Shown piece after piece: positions 39,464 to 47,792 of a DNA stretch of 64,000 bases. Each line of letters begins with the position of its first letter. Within the stretch, counting starts at the first letter, position 1. The notes under the pieces are model-generated. The model saw only the letters and a program-made list of their open reading frames with translations, was not told the origin of the DNA and made no database searches. A program made the translations under genes and the position numbers. The DNA comes from Tagaea sp. (lineage in GTDB: Bacteria; Pseudomonadota; Alphaproteobacteria; CACIAM-22H2): positions 1,664,001-1,728,000 of the forward strand of contig CBDIIB010000005.1 of NCBI GenBank assembly GCA_965279525.1, given 5' to 3'.

Positions 39464-40456
39464 TTGACCGAAGTCACGACACAGGCCGGCGAACCCGAAT
39501 CGCTGATGACCGAGGCGCCGCGCGTCGCGGCACCCGTGCGCCGGTTCGAATTCGCGCACAAGGTGTTTAGCGTCTCCGGTGGCTTGTTCCAGATCGATCC
39601 GCAGACCGACGACCCGGTCTACAGCGTCGATCTGGGCGACGTGCGTGCCAACCTCACCTTCGTGGCGCTGCGCGCGGCTTTCGGACTTGCACCCGACGAT
39701 CCGGATTCGAAGCTGCTGGACGAGGTCGGGCGCGGCCTTTCCTTCGTCAAGCGCATCCGGCCGGGCGACACGGTGCCAAGCGAACTGCTGGACGGGACGG
39801 CGTCGTGGACGGTCTCGGACCAGCATCGCGCGATCGCGCGCGGGCGGATCACCGTCGGTCTCATGGCGTGGATGTCGGGCAACCGCAGCACCCAGCAGAT
39901 GAGCATGCTCGAGCTTGCCAAGGTCGCCGAGGATCCGGAGACCAAGGGGCGCGTCCAGGCGGCATTCGCCAAGCTTGCCGACGAGCTGGGGCTGCCGCCC
40001 GACCGCAAGGCCGACGTGGTCGGCCAGATCGACAGGCTCGTCGACGAACTCACCTATATCGAGGCGCTGCGCGAGCGCGTGGCCAAGGCCCGCCGGATCG
40101 TCGAGGTCCTCAAGCGCCTGCGCGCGGTCTACAAGCGCGAACGCGGCGTGCACGACGAGATCGACCGCACGATCGCGTTGGCCGAGCCGCCGGTGGCCAA
40201 GCTCGAATCGCAGATCACCGAGGTCGACGGACAGACCGGCGAGACCGCCAACGCGCTGCGCACGCTGCCGCGCCAGATCGCGTTCATCCGCGAGACGCGC
40301 GACCGCCTGCATGCCCAGCTGATGAAGTGGGACGACATCCTGGTCGCCTGGAACGGCGTGGCCGCCGAGCGTTCGGGCACGGTCCAGCGGCTGGTGCGCG
40401 ACACCTACCGTTTCGTGGCACGCTATTTCCCGGCCGAGTCGGAGTGGGTCCGGTGA
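39464..40456 (+). CDS. Protein of unknown function, paralogue 3 of 3
   Basis: TTG start with GGAG SD; C-terminus TYRFVARYFPAESEWVR identical to paralogue 1. Confidence 0.9.
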   Translation: MTEVTTQAGEPESLMTEAPRVAAPVRRFEFAHKVFSVSGGLFQIDPQTDDPVYSVDLGDVRANLTFVALRAAFGLAPDDPDSKLLDEVGRGLSFVKRIRPGDTVPSELLDGTASWTVSDQHRAIARGRITVGLMAWMSGNRSTQQMSMLELAKVAEDPETKGRVQAAFAKLADELGLPPDRKADVVGQIDRLVDELTYIEALRERVAKARRIVEVLKRLRAVYKRERGVHDEIDRTIALAEPPVAKLESQITEVDGQTGETANALRTLPRQIAFIRETRDRLHAQLMKWDDILVAWNGVAAERSGTVQRLVRDTYRFVARYFPAESEWVR

Positions 40457-40478
40457 GCGGGGACGCGGGGGCGGGCAC

Positions 40479-41810
40479 GTGGCAGGCATAAAGCAGGTCG
40501 AGCGCAGGAAGCTGGGGCGCGAGGAGCTGTCAAAGCGCGTCGCCGCGCACGAACGCTTCTTGAAGAAGCAGTCCGGCGGCGTGCGCCTGCAGATCAATTT
40601 CTGCGTGGCGGCGCGCAACGACCTGCACGACCGCGACCTCGCCGAGGCCGAGCTCGTCGGCGCCGACCTGACCGAATGCGATTTCAGCCGCACGAACCTG
40701 TCGCGCGCCAACCTGTTCGGCGCGAACCTGACCCACGCGTGCCTGACCGACGCCAATCTCAGCCGCGTCGACCTGCGCGGGGCGGTGCTGAAGGGCGCCA
40801 ATCTCGAGGGCGCCGACCTCACGCGCGCGGACATCCGCGACGGGTTCCTGGTGACCGCCAACGAGAACGGCGAGTTCGACTACTCGGTCGTGCTGACGCA
40901 GAAATCGTCGATCGACGGCGCAAAGTTCGCCGGCGCCAATCTCGGCGAGGCGAAGCTGGGCCGGATCGTCGGCCAGTCGACCGATCTCACCAACTGCAAC
41001 CTGCGCGGCGCCAATCTCACCGGTGCGGACCTCTCGAACTCGAACCTGTCGGGCGTGGTGTTCACCGGCGCCGACCTTTCCGACGCGAACCTGTCGAACT
41101 GCAAGCTCAACGGCGCCGTGCTGGTCGGCGCCATCATGGCCGGCGCCAATCTCGACGGCGCCGACATGTGTGCGTGCCATTTCGTCATCGGCGACATGGA
41201 GAAGTGCGATCTTTCGCGCGCCGTCCTGCCGCGCACGCTCGCCGACATCGGCATGTCGTTCGGCGACATGGTCGTGGCGCACAACGACTGGCTGCGCACC
41301 GGCGGCGCGCAAGGTGCCCAGGTCACGATCGACGGCGTGGATCTGGGCCCCATCGAATGGCCCGGCGTGACGCTGTCGGCCGCCAGGCTCCAGCGCATCA
41401 CGCTCGTGGGCGCCAAGCTGCCGTCGGCGCGTTTCGACATGGCCAATCTCGAAGGCTCGATGCTCGCCGGCGTCGACATCTCGAACGGCTCGCTGCGCGG
41501 GGCCAATCTCGACAAGGCGGTGCTCGACGGCGCCAACATGCGCGACACCGATTTCTCGCCGCTGCCGCTGGCGGGCGTGGCCAACAGCAAATGGCCGGCG
41601 CGCGCCAAGGGCATCCGCGGGCACAAGACCGATTTCCGCGGCGCCAACCTGAAGGGCGTCGATTTCACCGAATCCTCGCTGCGCGACGCGGATTTCCGCG
41701 AAGCCGACCTCACGGGGGCACGGCTCGTCGATTGCGACCTGACGGGGGCCGACCTGCGCGAGGCGATCACGGCCGACGCGGACCTGCGCGGCGTTATCGG
41801 GATGAAGTGA
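40479..41810 (+). CDS. Pentapeptide repeat protein
   Basis: Long A(D/N)Lxx arrays (ANLFG ANLTH ACLTD ANLSR...); starts 22 nt after paralogue 3. Confidence 0.95.
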   Translation: MAGIKQVERRKLGREELSKRVAAHERFLKKQSGGVRLQINFCVAARNDLHDRDLAEAELVGADLTECDFSRTNLSRANLFGANLTHACLTDANLSRVDLRGAVLKGANLEGADLTRADIRDGFLVTANENGEFDYSVVLTQKSSIDGAKFAGANLGEAKLGRIVGQSTDLTNCNLRGANLTGADLSNSNLSGVVFTGADLSDANLSNCKLNGAVLVGAIMAGANLDGADMCACHFVIGDMEKCDLSRAVLPRTLADIGMSFGDMVVAHNDWLRTGGAQGAQVTIDGVDLGPIEWPGVTLSAARLQRITLVGAKLPSARFDMANLEGSMLAGVDISNGSLRGANLDKAVLDGANMRDTDFSPLPLAGVANSKWPARAKGIRGHKTDFRGANLKGVDFTESSLRDADFREADLTGARLVDCDLTGADLREAITADADLRGVIGMK

Positions 41811-41811
41811 C

Positions 41812-41840
41812 GGAAAAGACCCGCCGCGTCAGACGCGGCG
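41812..41840 (-). terminator. Hairpin between convergent genes, probable terminator of the RRM gene
   Basis: CGCCGCGT-CAG-ACGCGGCG stem, followed on the minus strand by GGTCTTTTCC. Confidence 0.5.
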
Positions 41841-42305
41841 CGGGGCGGGGCCGAGGCGGCGCTTTTCCACGGTGAAGCTGCGCGTGGCCGAAGTCGGCCG
41901 GCTGACGATCGGCTGGCTGAGGCCGAGCCGGTCGGCGTCGGGGCGCAGATGGGCCGGCAGCGGGCCGCCGTCCATCGGGCGCGTCGGGCGACGGCGTGCC
42001 GCCTTGGCGCGCGGCGGCTTCTTGGCCTTCACGTCGGCCAGGCGCACCTCGATCTTGCGCTCGCCCACGGTCGACCCGTCGAGGGCGGCGATGGCCGCCT
42101 TGCAGTGCGCCTCGGTCGCCATCGTCACGAAGGCATAGCCGATCGCCTTGCCGGTCGCGGGATCGGTCGGCACCTGGGCCTGGATCACGATGCCGTGCGC
42201 GTCGAACAGGTCGGCGAGCTTCTCGGCATCGATCCCGAACGGCACGTTGCCCACGAACAGGCGCGTGTTGTAGCTCTTGGCGGGTGTGGCGGCGGTCTTC
42301 GGCAT
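41829..42305 (-). CDS. RRM (RNP-1) RNA-binding protein
   Basis: RNP2 LFVGNV, RNP1 IGYAFVTM, AIAALDG, KIEVRLA; basic tail; start at MPKTAA. Confidence 0.9.
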   Translation of the reverse strand: MPKTAATPAKSYNTRLFVGNVPFGIDAEKLADLFDAHGIVIQAQVPTDPATGKAIGYAFVTMATEAHCKAAIAALDGSTVGERKIEVRLADVKAKKPPRAKAARRRPTRPMDGGPLPAHLRPDADRLGLSQPIVSRPTSATRSFTVEKRRLGPAPRRV

Positions 42306-42464
42306 CTGGTCTGTCCCCGGAGGGCGGCGGACGCGTTGGCCCGGCACCCAAGTTAGCAGTCTGATCCTTTCGCTTCCCCGCGACTCGCGGGAAACGCTCG
42401 TCCCTGATCTGCTATTCCCGCATGGCGCGGGACGCCGACTTGGACTTGCAAAACGCTCACCAGA
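42306..42464 (-). promoter_or_regulatory. Candidate structured 5' leader of the RRM gene
   Basis: Nested complementary segments CCAAGT/ACTTGG, TAGCAG/CTGCTA, two GC-rich hairpins, TCTGGT/ACCAGA closing at the start codon. Confidence 0.45.
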
Positions 42465-42571
42465 CACATCCTCGTTGCAAACTGCGGCAATAGGATGACA
42501 GCGATTGGGGCTTGAAGGGACCGGCCCGCCGGGCTTAGTTTCGGGCCTTCAGACTCCGGACGGATCGAGAA

Positions 42572-42973
42572 TTGTTCAAGAAATTCCGCGCATTGGTCGT
42601 CGACGACGACGGCACGACACGGCTCATGCTCCGCAACATGCTCGAAGCGCTCGAGTTCATGGCGGTCGAGACGGCCGCAGGCGCCGAGGGCGCCAAGCTC
42701 GCTTTCCAGACGTCGCCCGACCAGTGGCCGGACGTTTTGCTGTGCGATGTCAACATGAAGCCGACCAGCGGGCTCGAACTGGTCGCGTGGATGAAGTCGC
42801 AGCCCAAGATCGTCGCGCACAACGTGCCCGTCGTGATGGTAACCGCGCACTCCGACGCGCCGATCGTGCGCCGGGCGATGGAGCTTGGCGTCTCGGGATA
42901 CCTGATCAAGCCGGTGCAGCCGCTCGCCCTGCGCGTGCGGATGGAAAAAGCGCTGCTGCCGCGCGCGTTCTAG
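42572..42973 (+). CDS. Single-domain CheY-like response regulator
   Basis: LVVDDD, LLCDVNMKP.SG, MVTA, YLIKP; TTG start. Confidence 0.9.
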   Translation: MFKKFRALVVDDDGTTRLMLRNMLEALEFMAVETAAGAEGAKLAFQTSPDQWPDVLLCDVNMKPTSGLELVAWMKSQPKIVAHNVPVVMVTAHSDAPIVRRAMELGVSGYLIKPVQPLALRVRMEKALLPRAF

Positions 42974-42974
42974 T

Positions 42975-44417
42975 TCAGGCGAAAAACCGCACGAGCCACA
43001 GGGCGAGGCCCGGGATGGCGACGACGAGCGCCAGGCGCAGCACGTCGGCCGCGATGAAGGGCAGCACGCGCCGGTAGGTCTGCTGGATGGGCACGTTGCG
43101 CGTGATCGCCGAGATGACGAACACGTTGAGGCCGATGGGCGGTGCCGTCAGCCCGATGCCCACGACGATCAGCACGAGGATGCCGAACCAGATGGCGACG
43201 TCGTCCGGCGTCATGCCGAAATCGAGCGCCTGCACGATCGGGAAGAACACCGGCAGCGTCAGCAGGATCATCGCAAGCTCGTCCATCACGGCACCCAGCA
43301 GGATGTAGATCGCGAGCATCGTGACGAGCACGATATAGGGCGACACGCCCATGCCGCCGACGAAATCGGCCACGGAAGTCGGCAGTCGGGCGAGTGCGAG
43401 GAACGCGCCGAACACTTCGGCCCCCAGCAGGATCATGAAGATCATGCCCGAGGTTTCCGCCGTCTGGCGCACGGCATCGACGATCTCGCGCCAGCCGAGC
43501 GTGCGCTGGGCAAGCCCGACGAGCAGCATGGCGAGTGCACCGACGGAAGCACCCTCGGTGGGCGTGAAGATGCCCCCGTAGATGCCGCCGACCACGACGA
43601 TGGCGACGGCGATCGCGGGGACCACTTCGGTATCGACGACCGCGATGACGAGGGCAAGGCCGGCGATGGCGACAGCGAGGCCCGGCCCGATCGATCCGCG
43701 CAAGAACAGCGTCGCGCAGAGCGCCACCAGTGCCGCGGCCGCGAACTTGGGCCAGCGCGCCTTGCGTGCCGGTGCGGCGATCTCGACTGCGGCAAGCGGC
43801 GCAAGCTGCGGGCTGCGGCGCACCATCAGCGCGATGGTGATGCAGTAGAAGATCGCGGCGAGCACGCCGGGGATCAGCGCCGCCTGGAACAGCTTGGCGA
43901 TGTTCTGCTCGGTCGTGATCGCGTAGACGACGAGGATGACCGACGGCGGGACGAGGATGCCGAGCGTACCGCCCACCGCGATGGTCGCCGAGGAAAAGCC
44001 CCGGTCGTAGCCGAAGCGGTCGAGCTCGGGCATCGCCGCGCGCCCGAACGTGGCGGTCGTGGCGACCGACGAGCCGCAGATGGCGCCGAAGGCCGTGCAC
44101 GCCCCGATCACCGCCATGGCAAGCCCGCCGCGCCGGCGCCCGAAGGCACGCTCGGCCGCCAGGAACAGGGCGCGCGCGATGCCCGCGCGTTCGGCAAGTG
44201 CCCCCATCAGGATGAAAAGCGGGATGACCGACAGCGTGTAGTTGGCGAACTGGTGGTAGGTGTTGGTCTTCATGTAGCCGAAGAGCGCGTTCCAGCTCGA
44301 CAGCGTGCAGTAGCCGACCCCGCCCACCAGCAGCATCGCAAGCCCGATGGGGGCGCGAAGCGCGATGAGCGCGAGCATCGCGACGAAGCCCAGCGACGCG
44401 AGAAGTGCTCCGCTCAA
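42975..44417 (-). CDS. dctM: TRAP transporter large permease
   Basis: SVIPLFILMG, AICGSSVAT, GGTLGILVPPS, GIFTPTEGA, GLTAPPIGLNVF; TTG start overlaps dctQ stop. Confidence 0.93.
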   Translation of the reverse strand: MSGALLASLGFVAMLALIALRAPIGLAMLLVGGVGYCTLSSWNALFGYMKTNTYHQFANYTLSVIPLFILMGALAERAGIARALFLAAERAFGRRRGGLAMAVIGACTAFGAICGSSVATTATFGRAAMPELDRFGYDRGFSSATIAVGGTLGILVPPSVILVVYAITTEQNIAKLFQAALIPGVLAAIFYCITIALMVRRSPQLAPLAAVEIAAPARKARWPKFAAAALVALCATLFLRGSIGPGLAVAIAGLALVIAVVDTEVVPAIAVAIVVVGGIYGGIFTPTEGASVGALAMLLVGLAQRTLGWREIVDAVRQTAETSGMIFMILLGAEVFGAFLALARLPTSVADFVGGMGVSPYIVLVTMLAIYILLGAVMDELAMILLTLPVFFPIVQALDFGMTPDDVAIWFGILVLIVVGIGLTAPPIGLNVFVISAITRNVPIQQTYRRVLPFIAADVLRLALVVAIPGLALWLVRFFA

Positions 44418-44941
44418 CGTGACCCCCGCGCCTTGAGGCCCCGCGCCTTGAGGAAGGCGGTCGCCGTCGCGGTCGCCGCCAGCAGCGCGCACAAGGCGGC
44501 GCACAGCAGGATGAAGGGCCACATCTGGAGCTGGAGTTCGCTCGTCGTCTCGTAGTTCTCGCGCGCGTCGAACGTGCCGAGATAGAGGCCGTAGGCGCAC
44601 GCCGCCATGCAGGCCGCGAAGACGAGATCCCAGAACGCGTCCATCACGTCGCGCACGCGCTGTGGCAGGCGCTGGGTGAAGGTGTCGACCATGATGTTGG
44701 CGCGGCGCGCCTGCGTATAGGGCAGGTAGGCGAACACGGCGCACGCCGTGGCGATGCGCACGAGTTCGAAATCGCCGCGCACCGGCAGGTAGAAGAGCCA
44801 GCGCCCCAGCACGCTGACGACCACGAGCGTGGCGACACCCACGGCGAGCACGCCGCCGAGTGCGGCGGACACGCCCATCAGCCGGTCGAGAGTTCCGTGC
44901 GGGGGCTCGCCCCCGGTCGGGGAAGTCGCGTCGACGTCCAT
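44414..44941 (-). CDS. dctQ: TRAP transporter small permease
   Basis: Four TM helices, SVLGRWLF..PV.GDFELV, ANIMVD; lies between dctP and dctM. Confidence 0.9.
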   Translation of the reverse strand: MDVDATSPTGGEPPHGTLDRLMGVSAALGGVLAVGVATLVVVSVLGRWLFYLPVRGDFELVRIATACAVFAYLPYTQARRANIMVDTFTQRLPQRVRDVMDAFWDLVFAACMAACAYGLYLGTFDARENYETTSELQLQMWPFILLCAALCALLAATATATAFLKARGLKARGSR

Positions 44942-44991
44942 CGGGTCCGAAACTTCCTAGCCGTTCCGCGAAGGACGTCGACGCATGCGTG

Positions 44992-46041
44992 TCAGGCCGC
45001 CGTCGCGTGCTTGGCGAGCAGGGCCTTGAACGAGTCGGCGAGCTTGGCGCCGTCGAGGTTGCGGCCCTTCATCTGGGTGGCCCATTCCGCCCAGACCGGT
45101 TCCGTCGCCCGGACCCAGCGCGCCTTCTCGGCCGCGGTGATCGTCGAGATCGCGTTGCCGCGCGCCTTGACCATGTCGGAGACGGTCTTGGCTTCGGCGT
45201 CCCACATGTTTCCGGCAAGACGCGCGAACGCGGCACCGGAGTTGCGGTCGACGATCTGGCGCAGCTCGCCGGGCAGCCCGTCGTACTTCGCCTTGTTCAT
45301 CGCGAGGAAGAACGAGGCGGTGTAGAGCGTCGGCGTGCCCGGGATGGCGGTGTGGAACTTGACCAGCTCGTGCACGCGCACGGCCGGCACCACTTCCCAC
45401 GGGATGACCGCGCCGTCGATGACCTTCTGCGCGAGGCTTTCGGCGACCTGCGGGACCGGCATGTTGACCGGGGTGGCGCCGAGCGCACGCAGCGCTTCGC
45501 CCGTCAGGCGCGCGGGGCTGCGCAGCTTGAGGCCGCGCAGGTCTTCCATCGTCTTGACCTCTTTCGAGGCGTGGATGAGGCCCGCGTCGTGCGCCCAGAA
45601 CGACAGCAGCTTCAGCTCCTTCGTCTCGTCGGCCAGGTTCGCGTCGGCGAATTCCTGGGCGGCCAGCGAATTGACGATGCCGCGGTCCGACGCGATGAAC
45701 GGCAACTCGACCGTCTCGGTGATCGGGAAGCGGCCGGGCGTGTAGCCGGGCAGCGTCCACACGATGTCGACCACGCCGTCGCGCGCCTGGTTGAAGAGCT
45801 GCGGGGGCGTGCCGCCGAGCTGCATGCCGGGGAAGATCTCGATCTTGATGGCGTTGTTGCTGTCGGCCATGACCTTTGCGGCCCACGGGGCCAGCATCTT
45901 GGCGTGGCCGTTGGACTGCGGCCCGAGGAAGTGGTGCAGGCGCAGCGTGACGGCCTGCGCGCTGGCCGGACGCACGATGGCCGGGGCGGCCATGAGGGCC
46001 GCACCGGCGGCGGTTGCCTGAAGGAAATCGCGACGGTTCAT
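44992..46041 (-). CDS. dctP: TRAP transporter substrate-binding protein, Tat signal
   Basis: MNRRDFL Tat motif, MQLGGTPPQL..QARDGVVDI, YTPGRFP, LRGLKLR. Confidence 0.93.
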   Translation of the reverse strand: MNRRDFLQATAAGAALMAAPAIVRPASAQAVTLRLHHFLGPQSNGHAKMLAPWAAKVMADSNNAIKIEIFPGMQLGGTPPQLFNQARDGVVDIVWTLPGYTPGRFPITETVELPFIASDRGIVNSLAAQEFADANLADETKELKLLSFWAHDAGLIHASKEVKTMEDLRGLKLRSPARLTGEALRALGATPVNMPVPQVAESLAQKVIDGAVIPWEVVPAVRVHELVKFHTAIPGTPTLYTASFFLAMNKAKYDGLPGELRQIVDRNSGAAFARLAGNMWDAEAKTVSDMVKARGNAISTITAAEKARWVRATEPVWAEWATQMKGRNLDGAKLADSFKALLAKHATAA

Positions 46042-46189
46042 GGGAAAGTTCCTCGCCTGTCGAACCGGATTCGGCCCTGACGGCCGCGCGGTTCTGGTTG
46101 TTCGATGTCGCGGACCCTAGCACGGCGCCCGATTGGTGCAAAAGCCCCGGCGGCGCCCTAAACTCCCGGCAAACCGGAGGATTCGGAAG

Positions 46190-46912
46190 ATGCGCGAACA
46201 TGCCGTGGCCCGCCGCGAACTGGCTGCCGCCCTGCGCTGGGCGGCCCGGCTGGGCCTCAACGAAGGCAACTGCAACCATTTCAGCCTGCAGGTCGCACCC
46301 GACCGCTTCTTGGTCAATCCGTGGGGGCCGCACTGGCGCGAGATGAAGGCGAGCGACCTGCTGCTGATCGACGCGAAGGGCACGATCCTCGAAGGCAAAT
46401 GGCCGATCGAGGACACGGCGCTGCACATCCACACGCGCATCCATATCCGCCATCCCGATGCCGTCGCCGTGTTCCACACCCACATGCCCTATGCGACGGC
46501 ATTGTGCGCGATCGACGGCGGGCGGCTGGAGCCGTGCATCCAGTCGGGCCTGCGCTTCTATGACCGCATCGCCTACGACGAGGACTACAACGGCTTCGCG
46601 CACGGGCCCGAGGAGGGCGACCGCATGGCCGCCAAGATGGACGGCAAGCCCGTGCTGTTCCTCGCCAACCACGGCATCATCGTCACCGGGCCGACGGTCG
46701 CCCAGGCGTTCGACGATCTCTATTATCTCGAGCGCGCCGCGACCATCCAGGTGCTCGCGATGTCGACCGGCAAGCCGTTGCGCATCGTCCCCGGCCAGAT
46801 CGCCGCGCGCACCGCGCGCGAGAAGGCGCAGGGGCGCAAGGCCTACGACGAAGCGCACTTCGCCTCGATCCTGCGCATGCTCGACCGCGAGGAACCGGAG
46901 TATGCGGAGTAG
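46190..46912 (+). CDS. Class II aldolase/adducin family protein
   Basis: RRELAAALR, NHFS, IHTRIH, HTHMPYATAL, LANHGIIV; GGAGG SD. Confidence 0.92.
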   Translation: MREHAVARRELAAALRWAARLGLNEGNCNHFSLQVAPDRFLVNPWGPHWREMKASDLLLIDAKGTILEGKWPIEDTALHIHTRIHIRHPDAVAVFHTHMPYATALCAIDGGRLEPCIQSGLRFYDRIAYDEDYNGFAHGPEEGDRMAAKMDGKPVLFLANHGIIVTGPTVAQAFDDLYYLERAATIQVLAMSTGKPLRIVPGQIAARTAREKAQGRKAYDEAHFASILRMLDREEPEYAE

Positions 46913-47044
46913 GGCGGTGCCACGCCTTTCCGTTGTAAAATGAAATTCCTATGATAGGATGATGTGTGGCTAACCATGACCCGTGGAAGGCCAGTGCGCG
47001 CCTTGTAGTCAAAAAGCGCGCGGACGTTACCAGCCTTCGTTTTC

Positions 47045-47084
47045 AATGGGTTAAATAGGTTACCGTAACCTGTCGTAACCCATT
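47045..47084. promoter_or_regulatory. 40-bp imperfect palindrome with four GGTTA/TAACC half-sites
   Basis: AATGGGTTAAATAGGTTAC-C-GTAACCTGTCGTAACCCATT in an AT-rich intergenic region. Confidence 0.45.
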
Positions 47085-47123
47085 CATTTTGCAGCCGCAG
47101 CGCAGCCATACAAAATTCGCAAC

Positions 47124-47152
47124 TTGACAAAATGAACGTTCATTCATTTTAT
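47124..47152 (+). promoter_or_regulatory. Sigma-70 promoter with TetR operator
   Basis: TTGACA (47124-47129), perfect palindrome AATGAACGTTCATT (47131-47144), TTTTAT at 17-nt spacing. Confidence 0.7.
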
Positions 47153-47159
47153 ACGCGCC

Positions 47160-47792
47160 ATGCCCCGCCTTGCCCCCCAGTCCGTCGCCGACCGCCGCGC
47201 CCGCATCCTCGATGCGGCGAAGAGCTGCTTCATCCGCTACGGCTTCCACAGCGCGTCGATGCAGCAGATCTGTGCCGCCGCCGAGATGAGTGCGGGCAAC
47301 CTCTACCGCTATTTCCCGTCGAAGGACGCGATCATCGAAGGCCTGTGCGAGCGCGACATGAGCGAGGCCGCCGAAGGCTTCGCCGCCGCGCGCGCAGGCG
47401 CCGACGTTCTCGCCGGTCTCGAAGGCATGCTGATGGAGTACATGTGGAAGCGCCCGCGCGAGCAGCTCTGCATGTGGACCGAGATTTCGGCCGAAGCCAC
47501 GCGCAGCGACGCGGTCAACCGCAACTCGCGGCGCGTCTACGCCTTCATCGAGAAGAGCCTTGGCGACGTGCTCGCGCACGGCATGAAAGCGGGCAGCGTG
47601 CGCAAGGGCATCGATACCGCCAGCTACGCCGCCTTGATGAACGCGGTGTTCGAAGGGCTGATGGTGCGCCGCGCGGTCGCGTCCGATTTCGATCCGCGCC
47701 CGACCATCCGCCAGTTCATGTCGCTCGTGCGCGCCGGGCTCGCCCCCGCCGTTTCCATCCCGAAAAAGAAGACCAGAGGAGCGCGCAAGTGA
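47160..47792 (+). CDS. TetR/AcrR family transcriptional regulator
   Basis: RILDAA..CF...GFHSASMQQICAAAEMSAGNLYRYFPSKDAII. Confidence 0.95.
   Translation: MPRLAPQSVADRRARILDAAKSCFIRYGFHSASMQQICAAAEMSAGNLYRYFPSKDAIIEGLCERDMSEAAEGFAAARAGADVLAGLEGMLMEYMWKRPREQLCMWTEISAEATRSDAVNRNSRRVYAFIEKSLGDVLAHGMKAGSVRKGIDTASYAALMNAVFEGLMVRRAVASDFDPRPTIRQFMSLVRAGLAPAVSIPKKKTRGARK

Noticed and set aside
37277-40456. Triplication as an assembly artefact or repeat array
   Set aside because: The copies are substantially diverged at DNA and protein level and have distinct intergenic spacers
40600-41790. 15-nt periodic repeats (GCCAATCTC/GCCGACCT)
   Set aside because: Fully explained by pentapeptide-repeat coding
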